In this document: in pieces, positions 48,197 to 57,797 of the stretch | Layout of the letters: every line of letters starts with the position of its first letter | Numbering within the stretch: position 1 is the stretch's first letter | Assembly: GCA_965223845.1 (NCBI GenBank) | Contig: CBDCXR010000004.1 | Location: 2,528,001 to 2,592,000 of the forward strand | Source of the DNA: Planctomycetota bacterium | GTDB lineage: Bacteria; Planctomycetota; UBA8108; SXIK01 | Direction: 5' to 3' | Length of the DNA: 64,000 nucleotides | Notes under the pieces: model-generated | Database searches by the model: none | Told to the model about the DNA's origin: nothing | What the model saw: the letters and a program-made list of their open reading frames with translations, nothing else | Made by a program: the position numbers and the translations under genes

Positions 48197-50002
48197 CTAC
48201 TCGACCGCCTCCCCTCCGCGAAACTCGAGGCCCAACTCCTTCCATTGCTCGGCCTTAGGCGCGCTCGGGGCATCGGTCATCAGGCAGTTCCCGCGCGCGG
48301 TCTTCGGAAAGGCGATGACATCGCGGATGCTCTCGGCGCGGGTCATGAGCATGACGAGCCGATCGAGTCCGAGCGCGATCCCGCCGTGGGGCGGCGCGCC
48401 GTAGGACAGAGCGTCGAGGAGGAAGCCGAATTTCGCCCGGGCCTCGTCGTCCCCGAGCGCGATCGCGCGAAAGACCTTCTCCTGCACGTCTCGCCCATGG
48501 ATTCGGATGCTGCCGCCGCCGAGCTCCGTGCCGTTTAGAACAATGTCGTACGCTCGAGAACGAACCTCCCCGGGCGACGACTCGAGCTGGTCGAGATCCT
48601 CGGCGCGCGGACTCGTAAACGGGTGATGGAGGGCGACCCAGCGCTCGTCCTCTTCGTCCCAGTCGAGGAGGGGGAAGTCGGTGACCCACAAGAAATCGAG
48701 GCGCGCCGGGTCGATCAGCCCGAGCTGGCGGCCGACATGGAGCCGCAGCTCGCCGAGCCCGGGTCCCGTCACCGAATCGCGATCGGCGAGGAAGACCAGC
48801 AGGTCGCCGTCCGTGGCTCCGAACGCGGACCGCAGCCGCTCCTCGATCGCGCCGCCGACGAACTTCGCCACCGGTCCCTTGGGTCCGTCCGCCTCGAGCT
48901 TCACCCAGGCCATCCCCTTAGCGCCGTACTCCTTGCACACGTCCTCGCACGCGGTGATTTCTTTCCGCGAGAGCTTGGCCCCACCGGGAACGCAGATGCC
49001 GCGCACGCGACCGCCGCTCGAGAGCGCGGATTGAAACACACGGAATTCCGTATCACGCGCGATGTCCGAGACGTCCTCGAGAAAGAGGTCGCAGCGCGTG
49101 TCCGGCCGATCGGTGCCGTAACGTTCCACCGCTTCGGCGTACGGCATGCGCCGGATCGGAAGCTCGATCTCGTGTCCGAGGATGTCTCCGAACACACGCG
49201 CGAGGAGTCCATCGATCAGCTCGAAGACGTCCGACTCGTCGACGAAGGCCATCTCGATGTCGAGCTGGGTAAACTCGGGCTGCCGGTCCGCGCGCAGATC
49301 CTCGTCGCGGAGACACTTCACAACCTGATAGTAGCGGTCGAACCCGCTCACCATGAAGAGCTGCTTGAAGAGCTGCGGTGACTGCGGCAGAGCGAAGCAC
49401 TTCCCCGGATGCCCGCGCGCCGGGACGAGGAAGTCGCGCGCTCCCTCGGGCGTGCTCTTCGTGAGGAGAGGCGTCTCGAGATCGAGGAATCCCCGTTCTT
49501 CAAGGTAAGTGCGGAGGAGCCCGGTGATCTTCGCGCGGAGAACGATGCGCTCCTGCATTTCGCGGCGACGGAGATCGAGGTAGCGGTAGCGAAGACGAAT
49601 CTCCTCGCCCGGAATCGCATCCGTCGTTCCGATCTCGAACGGCGGGACCTCGCACGGATTGAGGACGCGAAGCTCTGACGCGACCAGTTCGATCTCGCCC
49701 GTCGCGAGCTTCGGATTGACCATCCCATCGGGTCGCGCCCGCACGGTTCCTCGCACCGCGATGACGAATTGCGGGCGGAGGGTATCGAGAGCGTCGCCGG
49801 AGAGCTCGGCCGGGTCGAGCACGACCTGCGTTAGGCCGTACCGATCCCTGAGGTCGAGAAAGCGGAGCCCGCCGTGATCGCGCAGGCTTTCGACCCAGCC
49901 GTTCAGGCTCACCTCGGCATCGACATCCGCCGCGGCCAGTTGGCCGCAGGTGTGGGTGCGCTTGAGTTCTCGTTCTCTCTCGCCGGACGTCATTTCCGCC
50001 AT
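48197..50002 (-). CDS. aspS: Aspartate-tRNA ligase, probably non-discriminating (Asp/Asn)
   Basis: RTHTCG; RDHGGL; STPEGARDF; LPQSPQLFKQL; RDEDLRADRQPEFTQLD; HHPFT; PPHGGIALGLDR. Confidence 0.96.
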   Translation of the reverse strand: MAEMTSGERERELKRTHTCGQLAAADVDAEVSLNGWVESLRDHGGLRFLDLRDRYGLTQVVLDPAELSGDALDTLRPQFVIAVRGTVRARPDGMVNPKLATGEIELVASELRVLNPCEVPPFEIGTTDAIPGEEIRLRYRYLDLRRREMQERIVLRAKITGLLRTYLEERGFLDLETPLLTKSTPEGARDFLVPARGHPGKCFALPQSPQLFKQLFMVSGFDRYYQVVKCLRDEDLRADRQPEFTQLDIEMAFVDESDVFELIDGLLARVFGDILGHEIELPIRRMPYAEAVERYGTDRPDTRCDLFLEDVSDIARDTEFRVFQSALSSGGRVRGICVPGGAKLSRKEITACEDVCKEYGAKGMAWVKLEADGPKGPVAKFVGGAIEERLRSAFGATDGDLLVFLADRDSVTGPGLGELRLHVGRQLGLIDPARLDFLWVTDFPLLDWDEEDERWVALHHPFTSPRAEDLDQLESSPGEVRSRAYDIVLNGTELGGGSIRIHGRDVQEKVFRAIALGDDEARAKFGFLLDALSYGAPPHGGIALGLDRLVMLMTRAESIRDVIAFPKTARGNCLMTDAPSAPKAEQWKELGLEFRGGEAVE

Positions 50003-50318
50003 CGCTCGCCTCGCCGGGGAGCCTGCACTCGCCTTTCGACCGGCGCGGGAATCGAGCGCGCTCGGACCATCGGAGGCGCCACCGTCCGGACAGCCCGAGC
50101 GGCACCCGGATTGTAGCCGCCTCGATCGACGCACCGTTCGCGGCGCAGGCTCTCGGCGCGTCGGGTTCGTCTAGGGCCCACCTTTCGCTCCGTCTCCGGA
50201 TCGGTCGTCTCGGGCATCGCGGTGGACGCGGGAGACGATGAGAGCGCGGTGAGTCCCCGAGATCGGACCGAGGATTCTACCGACGAGTCCCAGGAGCGGC
50301 GACCGAAAAACGTCGGTG

Positions 50319-53300
50319 TCACAGCTTCGCGATTTGAGCCTGGATCCGCGCGAGCAGGGCCGCGTAGGGCGCCCGCTTCGCATACAGCGCGGCCTCGCCG
50401 AAGAGTCGTCGTGCCCGCTCACGATTCGCTGGGGTGTCCCCGGTTGCCATCTCGAGGGCGCCACGCGCGAAGCAAAAGCGAGCCTTCCAGTAGTTGAGCT
50501 GGAGCTTCTTCGCGAGGTAGTTCCCTTCCTCGTAGCAGAGGAACACGCGCTCGCGGTCGTTCTCCTCGATCAGGAATTCCCCCAGATAGATGTAGAGAGG
50601 GAGGAGGTCTCGCTCGGCGCCTTCCTCCTTGAAGATGCTCTCAGCGCGGTTGAAGTAGGTCAGCGCCCGGCGGCGCTGATTCCGCGCCGCGAAGACGAGC
50701 GCCTGGAGCATGAGCGCCCTCCCTTGACTCACGCGGCTCCGATTGAGCTGATCGAGCTCGTTCAAGGTCTTCACGTAGCCTTCGGCCTGCTCGAGGTTTC
50801 CGAGTCGGACCTGCGCGACGATGAGATGGACGAGGAATCGCTCGATGTAGTAGTAGAGGCGCCGCTCGCGCGCGAGCTTGAGTCCGCGCTCACCCTCGTG
50901 AAAGAGCATGAGGAAATCGCCGCGAAGCTGGCAGAGGCGACACTGGAACTCGAGCAGCTTGAGGAGTGCGCGCGGCTCTTCCGGCTCGCCCGGGTAGGCG
51001 GCCTGGATGTACTCGACCGACCGATCGAGTCGACCGCGATCGAGATTCATGTTCGCGAGCACGAAACGTGCCTCCGACATGCTGAGATCATTCCCGATGC
51101 GCTCAGCGTTCTCGAGCCCACGGAGGAGCGCCTTCTCCGAGTCTTCGTATTGGCCGAGCCGCCGGTGCGACTCGCCGAGCAGGTTGAGCGCTTTGACGAG
51201 CCCGACGCGATTCTTGCTCTCGTCGTAGAGCCGCACCGCCCGGCGGAGGACTTGCGCCGCCGTTTCGTCGTGTCCGAGGAAGAGCTCGAGTCCGCCGAGC
51301 TCCGTCATCGCATCGGCGCACGCGCTACGCTCCCCCATGCGCCGTCGAAGATCAGCACAGAAGCGAAACTGATTGCGGGCGAGCGTAAACTTGTCCTTGT
51401 ACTTGTAGAGCTTACCGAGGCAGTGGAGAGTCGAGTCGCTCGACGACATGCCGGGTGCAGAGTCGAGGAGATTGAGAGCTCCCGCGCCGCTCCGCGTCGC
51501 TTCACGTTTCTGTCCGAGATAGTAGTGATTCTCGGCGAGAAGGAGCTGGAGCTCCGCGAGCTCGGAGAAGCGGTTCGCGAGCAACTTCTTTCGATCGACG
51601 ATCTCGCAGAGCTCGAGACTCTCGCGATAGCGTCCCTGAAGAAAACGAATCCGGGCGCGAACGAGGAGGACGTTCGCGCGCCACATGCCGGGGGCGGCCT
51701 CCGATTCGCCGCAGCTCGCTTCTACGTCCTGGAGGCCGTTCTCCGAGCGGCGGAAATCGCCGAGCGACATGTTGACGCGCGCGAGGTCGATGAGCACCTG
51801 AAGCGGGTGCGGATCTTGTCCCACGCCGTCGGACCTCTGGGCGATCACGCGGAGCTCACGTCGAGCGGTTTCGAAATCTCCGACTCGCATATTGAGCCGA
51901 GCGATCTGGTAGCGAACGCGCAGCCACTCCTCGCTCTCCTCATCGCGGAGAAGCTCCTCGACGCGCTCGTAGGTTTCGAGAGCCGCGTGGAGGCGGAACT
52001 CCTCCTCGTAGAGAAGGCTCGCCTCGAGACCGTAGCGAACTCCCTGATCCCTGTTCCCAGCGAGGAGGAAGTGACGCGCGAGCTTTCTCGGTCGCGAGAG
52101 GCCGACCGAAGAGTAGTAGTGCTCGCACAAGGTTCCGGCTCGGTCATGAAACGTCGCCCGCTCGTCCTCCGGCACCATGCGGTACAGGATCTCCCGCGCG
52201 CTCGAATGCACGAACCCGAAGCCGGTCCCGTCGACGCGAACGAGCCCCGCTTCCCGTAGGTGCTCGAGCGCCTCGGTCGACGCAACGCCGGACACGCGAG
52301 CGAAGTTCGCCGCGAGGGGCAACTCCGTCGAGTCGCCGAGGAAGGCGATCGCGACGGCGAGGCGAGTCGCGTCGGTCGAGAGGGACTTGATCTTCGCCTT
52401 GAGCTCCTTTCGCACCTGGAGCGGAGGCTCGACGCCGGCGGCGTCCTCCTCGAGCCGCCAGCCGCGCGGGAGCCTCTGGATCACGCCTTCGGAGATGTAC
52501 TGAGCACAGATCTGCGTGATCACCGCCGGATTGCCGTCGCTCATTGCGGCGAGCTGCCGGACGAACCAGTCGGGAAACTGGTGACCGGTGAACAGGTGCT
52601 GAAGGAGCGCGGCGACGTCCGAACGGTGGAGTCGCTCGAGTCGCACGTCGAGAAACAGATCGTCGCGGTCGGAGAGTAGAAGCTGAGCGAGCAAAGAATT
52701 CTCGGTGAGCTCCTCCTCGACTACGGTGGCCGTCGTCAATAGGCGGCTGTCTTCGACGACGGTCTGAGACTGCGCCTCGACGAGCTCATGGACGAACCGG
52801 ACCACGAGATCGCCCGCCGACTCGAGCCGCTCGAAGTGTAGGACCACCGGTCGCTCGCGGCTGCTCTCGAGAGCGGATTCGACGAGCCGGCGGAGGATAT
52901 CGCTGAACCCCGAATCGCCGCCGACATCGCCGGCGTCGATTGCAGCGCGCACCTGCGCGTAGACTTCCGCGTGGAGCTCGTCGACGAAGATTCGCGAGAG
53001 CTGTTCGAGAAGCGTATCGAAATCCGAGTTCGGTCGCTCCGCGTTCGCGTCGCAATCGACGTCGAGATAGATCACGCCGCGCGTCTGCGTGAGCACGCGA
53101 AGCTCGACGACGAAGTTCGCCTTTCCGATTCCGCGCTCGCCGCGGATCACCGCCATGCGGCCCTTCGGAAACACCGGGATCCAGTGAGTCTGGAACTCGC
53201 CCGGCTCGCCTTGGTCGAACCGCGCCATCTCCATGTCCTCGTGGTGAAACTCGCTCTCGTCGATGGCGCAGACACTGTGGAACAGCCGGTAGAGCGTTTT

Positions 53301-54323
53301 TAGATACTTTTCGCGGGACTGGATGTGAGGTGAGCCGAGATAGCTCTTGGCGGTCTCGACGGTTTCGAGTGGGAAGTCGAGCTCGGTGACTTCGTTGAGC
53401 GCGGCGATGACACCGGTCGCGCCTTGAAATCGATCGGGGGGATTCTTCTCGAGGAGCCGGAGGATGACCCTGCTGAGCGTGGGCGGCACCGAGGGAGCGA
53501 TCCGAGCGGGAGGCGTCGGCGCCGTCTCGAGATGGGCCTTCAGAACGGCGATCTTGTTCTTGCCTTGAAACGGCACGCGGCCCGCGGCGAGTCGGTACAG
53601 CACCGCACCAAACGAATAGAGATCGGTGCGTCGGTCCACCTGAGACCCGGTGATCGTTTCGGGTGCGATGTAGTTGGCCGTGCCGACCAGACGCCGTCCG
53701 CCGAATTCCTTCTCGCGCTTCGTGAGCCCGAAGTCGATGAGCTTGACTTCGGGGATCCTCTTCCCGTCATCCTCGCTCCACCGGACGAGGATGTTCTCCG
53801 GCTTGATGTCTCCGTGAACGAGTCCACGCGAGTGAATGAACTCGAGACCGCGCAGGATCTGCACCGTGATGTCGAGAAAGATGTTCAGCTCGTCGGCACG
53901 AGCGAGATTGAGCCGCGAGCAGGCCTCGAGGAGATGTTCCCCCTCGACGTACTCGCAGGTGAAGTAGTACTCGCCGAGCTCGAGATCGAAGCCGAAATCG
54001 TAAACGCGCGCGAGCCCGGGGTGAGCGAGCATCGCCATCGCGAGGAACTCGTTTCGAAGAACCGCGACGGCGCTGTTGTCGTCGCCGTCGCCTTCGCGGA
54101 CTCGCTTGATCGCGACCTGGCGTCCGTCGCCGAACAAGTCCTCCGCAAGTGCAACCGCCCCCATCCCCCCTTCACCGATCGTCCTCAGACAGCGATATCG
54201 GCCGGCGACCGTTACGGCCTCGGCCTGCGTGCGTTCGATTGTCGGTGCGTCGTTCATGAGGGAGCGAGTCCATCTCCTTACCCGCTCTCCGGCCTCGGGG
54301 CTCGCCGGAGCAGTCTGCGTCAC
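50319..54323 (-). CDS. Cytoplasmic Ser/Thr kinase with P-loop NTPase (STAND-like) and TPR regions
   Basis: IGEGGMGAV; HGDIKPEN; DFGL; GTANYIAPE; IRGERGIGKA; SDGNP; helical repeats in the C-terminus. Start GTG 54323 or ATG 54257. Confidence 0.85.
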   Translation of the reverse strand: MTQTAPASPEAGERVRRWTRSLMNDAPTIERTQAEAVTVAGRYRCLRTIGEGGMGAVALAEDLFGDGRQVAIKRVREGDGDDNSAVAVLRNEFLAMAMLAHPGLARVYDFGFDLELGEYYFTCEYVEGEHLLEACSRLNLARADELNIFLDITVQILRGLEFIHSRGLVHGDIKPENILVRWSEDDGKRIPEVKLIDFGLTKREKEFGGRRLVGTANYIAPETITGSQVDRRTDLYSFGAVLYRLAAGRVPFQGKNKIAVLKAHLETAPTPPARIAPSVPPTLSRVILRLLEKNPPDRFQGATGVIAALNEVTELDFPLETVETAKSYLGSPHIQSREKYLKTLYRLFHSVCAIDESEFHHEDMEMARFDQGEPGEFQTHWIPVFPKGRMAVIRGERGIGKANFVVELRVLTQTRGVIYLDVDCDANAERPNSDFDTLLEQLSRIFVDELHAEVYAQVRAAIDAGDVGGDSGFSDILRRLVESALESSRERPVVLHFERLESAGDLVVRFVHELVEAQSQTVVEDSRLLTTATVVEEELTENSLLAQLLLSDRDDLFLDVRLERLHRSDVAALLQHLFTGHQFPDWFVRQLAAMSDGNPAVITQICAQYISEGVIQRLPRGWRLEEDAAGVEPPLQVRKELKAKIKSLSTDATRLAVAIAFLGDSTELPLAANFARVSGVASTEALEHLREAGLVRVDGTGFGFVHSSAREILYRMVPEDERATFHDRAGTLCEHYYSSVGLSRPRKLARHFLLAGNRDQGVRYGLEASLLYEEEFRLHAALETYERVEELLRDEESEEWLRVRYQIARLNMRVGDFETARRELRVIAQRSDGVGQDPHPLQVLIDLARVNMSLGDFRRSENGLQDVEASCGESEAAPGMWRANVLLVRARIRFLQGRYRESLELCEIVDRKKLLANRFSELAELQLLLAENHYYLGQKREATRSGAGALNLLDSAPGMSSSDSTLHCLGKLYKYKDKFTLARNQFRFCADLRRRMGERSACADAMTELGGLELFLGHDETAAQVLRRAVRLYDESKNRVGLVKALNLLGESHRRLGQYEDSEKALLRGLENAERIGNDLSMSEARFVLANMNLDRGRLDRSVEYIQAAYPGEPEEPRALLKLLEFQCRLCQLRGDFLMLFHEGERGLKLARERRLYYYIERFLVHLIVAQVRLGNLEQAEGYVKTLNELDQLNRSRVSQGRALMLQALVFAARNQRRRALTYFNRAESIFKEEGAERDLLPLYIYLGEFLIEENDRERVFLCYEEGNYLAKKLQLNYWKARFCFARGALEMATGDTPANRERARRLFGEAALYAKRAPYAALLARIQAQIAKL

Positions 54324-54529
54324 GGACCCGAGCGGCCCCCTCTTCCGCGTCCCGTCGATCCGTTCCCCCGAGCCAAACGCCGGACGATCTCCAGCGCCGG
54401 ACTAGCTCGAAGGACGACCAAGAATACGATGCTGGCCAAGCGACAACTTCTCGGTCGCGCCCGTGCCGCGTGACCGGCCCCACGCGGCTGCGTGATCGGA
54501 CGAGTCGGTTCGGTTATCGGGCAGCGACC

Positions 54530-55735
54530 CTATCGGATGGCGACGAGCCCGCCGGGAAGTCGGCGGACTCGACCCTCGGACTCGAGCCGAGAAAGCTCCG
54601 CGGTGATCGCCGAAGGAGGCGCCGAGAGTACGTCGGCGAGAGCGTCCGCCGACTCGGCGTCCCCCGATCGAAGCGCAGCGACGATCGCGTGAGCCAGCGC
54701 GCTCGCGTCGCTCGGAAGCGAGTCCTCGGGCGCGCCGGCGGAACGGCACTCCGCGCGAAGAGTTTCACGCATCCCCGGCGGGAGACCCGATGGATCGAAG
54801 GCGAGCGCCTCGACGAGGTCGCTCGGTTCGACCGCGACCGCGGCACCGTCCCGCAGGAGACGAAGGCAGCCGGCGCTCTCTTCTCGATCGACCGGACCGG
54901 GGAGCGCGAACACCGTCGCTCCCTGCTCGAGCGCGTGATGGACCGTGATCAAGGTGCCGCTCTTCCATCCTGCTTCGACGACGAGGAGGATTCGCGAGAG
55001 GCCGCTCAGAATCGCGTTTCGCATCGGAAAGTGAAACGCCCGCGGTGCCGCGGTAAAGGGGAACGGCGTGAGAACCGCTCCGCCGCGCTCGACGATTTCC
55101 TCGGCGAGCCGCGAATGCTCGCGCGGATAGAGGCGCCCCCACCCCGAGCCGAGGACGGCGATCGTCGCGCCGCTCGCTTCGAGAGTCGCACGGTGAGCTT
55201 CGGCATCGACGCCGCGCGCGAGTCCACTGACGATGACGGCACCGCAGCCGGCGAGCTCGGACGCGAAACGGCGCGCCTGACGGAGTCCGTAGGGAGACGG
55301 CCGCCTCGATCCGACGATGCCGATCGTCGGGGACGAGAGCGACATCGGAAGCTGGCCGCGCACGAAAAGGACGACGGGTTGCCCGGCGAGACACTCGAGG
55401 CGCGACGGGTAATCGGGTTCACCGCGACAGAGGATCCGAATGCCCTCGCGGCGCGTGGTCTCGAGCTCCCGCTCGGCCTCTCTCGCGATATCGCTCGACG
55501 CGAGACGCCGCGCGACGGCCGGACGCAGCTTGCCGCGCGATCGGAGCGCTTCGATCGCAGTGTCTACCCGGCGTGGATCGCCGCCCGCGTGATCGAGAAG
55601 GCCGATGCCGTCTTCCGGCGAGTAGATCGTCGCGAGATGGAGGCGGAGAAACGCGATCGTACGAGCGTCGTCCGCCGAACCGTTCCCCGCCGAGGTCGCC
55701 CCGTCCGCTCGATCGCAGCACGGTTTCTGAGTCAT
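54530..55735 (-). CDS. dprA: DNA-processing protein DprA
   Basis: GIVGSRRPSPYG; IVSGLARGVD; FPMRNAILSGLS; VVEAGWKSGTLIT; winged-helix tail. Confidence 0.93.
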   Translation of the reverse strand: MTQKPCCDRADGATSAGNGSADDARTIAFLRLHLATIYSPEDGIGLLDHAGGDPRRVDTAIEALRSRGKLRPAVARRLASSDIAREAERELETTRREGIRILCRGEPDYPSRLECLAGQPVVLFVRGQLPMSLSSPTIGIVGSRRPSPYGLRQARRFASELAGCGAVIVSGLARGVDAEAHRATLEASGATIAVLGSGWGRLYPREHSRLAEEIVERGGAVLTPFPFTAAPRAFHFPMRNAILSGLSRILLVVEAGWKSGTLITVHHALEQGATVFALPGPVDREESAGCLRLLRDGAAVAVEPSDLVEALAFDPSGLPPGMRETLRAECRSAGAPEDSLPSDASALAHAIVAALRSGDAESADALADVLSAPPSAITAELSRLESEGRVRRLPGGLVAIR

Positions 55736-55851
55736 GACTGTACGTTGTCCGTCGAAGTCGACGGCGCCGACGTTCAGCGCGGATCGGGCAAGCTCAGCGT
55801 GTATATACCACCGAATTCCCATCCCCGCTCGCCCGGCTCGAGACTACCGCT

Positions 55852-55880
55852 TTGGCACTCGCGATCGACGCGAATAGAAT
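55852..55880 (+). promoter_or_regulatory. Putative sigma70 promoter TTGGCA-N17-TAGAAT
   Basis: Upstream of lipoprotein paralog 1, divergent from dprA. Confidence 0.5.
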
Positions 55881-55951
55881 CGCCTTGGGTTTCGAGCGAC
55901 GAAGCTCTCTCGCCAACTCGCCGGAGTGCTCGGTGGCTCCGGCAACACCGA

Positions 55952-56689
55952 ATGCGCTCCGGAGCGATGACCGGACTCGAGAAGGCCGCGGTAGGGTTCG
56001 GTATCGCGATCGCGGTGACCGCCTGCGTTTACGACGAGATTCCGGATCGAGGGGACACCGTTCCCCTCTTCTCGTTTCCCGTGCGGCACCCATCCCGGTT
56101 GCTCAGCGCCGGAACGTTCCACGGCACACAGCTCTTCGTCGAGCTCGACCTCAAGAACGACATCGAGCCACGCGGCTATCTCACCGACGCCAAATATGAC
56201 GAGCGAATGGCGCCAATCGTGCCGCGAATCTCCGAGACGGCCGAGACGTATCGCATCGGCGCGCACCGCGTCGATCTTCACCGCGCGACGTGGATCGTCT
56301 CGAGCGACGATCCTCACGATTCGCGCGCGGCCCCGTTCCGCTACCCGATGCGACCGCTCTCGCGACTCTACCTCTTCAAGGAGGTACCCGGCGAGTTCAC
56401 TTTCTACTTTCGCGGCCAGAGAATCGTCGTCCCGTCGAATCGTCCTTGGCGACCATCGATTCACTACTACTACGGCACGCGACACGTGAACACCGAGGGG
56501 AGCGCGGTGCGGCTGGCTAGGTTCTGGGAAGTCGTTCAGATCGGGGAGTCGACGATCGAACGTGAGCCTCACCGCGCAACGTGGAATGTAGGCGGACAGC
56601 GATTCACTCCGCGGGAAGGAGAGTCGCTCCGCATATCCGATGCCGTACCCGCACGCGCGGGCGCCGAGCCTCGGGTGACGACACCCTAA
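55952..56689 (+). CDS. Hypothetical lipoprotein, paralog 1
   Basis: Lipobox-like AVTAC; clear similarity to 57051..57797. Start 55952 or 55967; it is the C-terminal part of track ORF 54470..56689. Confidence 0.8.
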   Translation: MRSGAMTGLEKAAVGFGIAIAVTACVYDEIPDRGDTVPLFSFPVRHPSRLLSAGTFHGTQLFVELDLKNDIEPRGYLTDAKYDERMAPIVPRISETAETYRIGAHRVDLHRATWIVSSDDPHDSRAAPFRYPMRPLSRLYLFKEVPGEFTFYFRGQRIVVPSNRPWRPSIHYYYGTRHVNTEGSAVRLARFWEVVQIGESTIEREPHRATWNVGGQRFTPREGESLRISDAVPARAGAEPRVTTP

Positions 56690-56928
56690 GGGCTCGATGA
56701 AGAAGCACTTCGAGTCGAGAACCGATTCGTAGCGCTCCGATTCGCCGCGGCCGACGCGGGCGATGTCCGTAGCTTTCGGGTATCGACGCGGCCGAGATGA
56801 GCATGGGTGTGGTGCATTTCTCGGCCGAATGTGCTTTCGGCGGGCGACTCCGGGTGCTCGGGCGTCCCCTTTGGCGGCGTGAACGAGGACGACCGCGGCG
56901 CGTGTCGGATCCGCGCGGTGAACCTGCG

Positions 56929-56956
56929 TTGCGATCGCACCCAGCGTCAGTAGAAT
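56929..56956 (+). promoter_or_regulatory. Putative sigma70 promoter TTGCGA-N16-TAGAAT
   Basis: About 95 nt upstream of paralog 2 and rlmN. Confidence 0.5.
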
Positions 56957-57050
56957 CTCGGAGCGGACGGCCGCGCGCCGCCGCCGAGATCTTCTCGCAC
57001 CCGAAGCCTTTCGACCACCCGAGCGCGCCGCGACGACCAGCTCGACTGCG

Positions 57051-57797
57051 ATGAAACCATCGACTCCTCCCCGGCCCGGTCTAATTCCGCTCCTCCTTTC
57101 GACCCTCTCGACGATCCTCCTGTCGGGCTGCGTCAAAGAGAAGATCTCCGGCCGTGCAGATCTCGTTCCGCTCTTTGAGTTCGGCGTCGAGCTCCCGACG
57201 CGTCTTCTCAGCGCGGGAACCTTTCACGGGACGCAGGTCTTCGTCGAGCTCGACCTCGAGAACGACATCGAGCCCCGCGGCGTTCTGACCGACGCCAAGC
57301 TCGAGCAACGGATGGCACCGGTCGTGCCATCGATCGCCGAGGGCCTGGAGTCGTACTCCATCGGGGTCCATCGCATCGATCTACGTCACTCGACGTGGAT
57401 CCTGCCGCACGCCGATCCGGCGACGACTCGAAGCTCGCCGTTTCGCTACCCCGTACGGGCGGCGGCCCGTCTCTACGTGTTCAAGGAAGTTCAGGGCGAC
57501 TTCGAATTCGAGTATCGCGGCCAGAAGATCGTCGTCGAGTCGAAGCGCCCGTGGCTGCCATCGGTCCACTATTACTACGAGACCGAGTGGCTCGACCATG
57601 GGACGGAGAATCGGCGCGGCGTTCGGGCTGGGCGGCAGCGCACGATCCGCGAGGTCGTTCAGATCGGAAACACTTCGATCGAGAACCTCGCCGACGTTGT
57701 CCCGTGGAACGTCGGACGGCATCGGTTCACCCCGGGCGAGGGACGGACGCTGCGGATTTCGGGAGCGGTGCCGGCACTCGCGCCACCGAGCCGATGA
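57051..57797 (+). CDS. Hypothetical lipoprotein, paralog 2
   Basis: Lipobox LLSGC; shares RLLSAGTFHGTQxFVELDLxNDIEPRG, PFRYP and HYYY with paralog 1. Confidence 0.85.
   Translation: MKPSTPPRPGLIPLLLSTLSTILLSGCVKEKISGRADLVPLFEFGVELPTRLLSAGTFHGTQVFVELDLENDIEPRGVLTDAKLEQRMAPVVPSIAEGLESYSIGVHRIDLRHSTWILPHADPATTRSSPFRYPVRAAARLYVFKEVQGDFEFEYRGQKIVVESKRPWLPSVHYYYETEWLDHGTENRRGVRAGRQRTIREVVQIGNTSIENLADVVPWNVGRHRFTPGEGRTLRISGAVPALAPPSR

Noticed and set aside
54470-55951. N-terminal ~490 aa of track ORF 54470..56689
   Set aside because: Antisense to dprA and Arg-rich. Only the part from about 55952 aligns with the paralog and has a lipobox.
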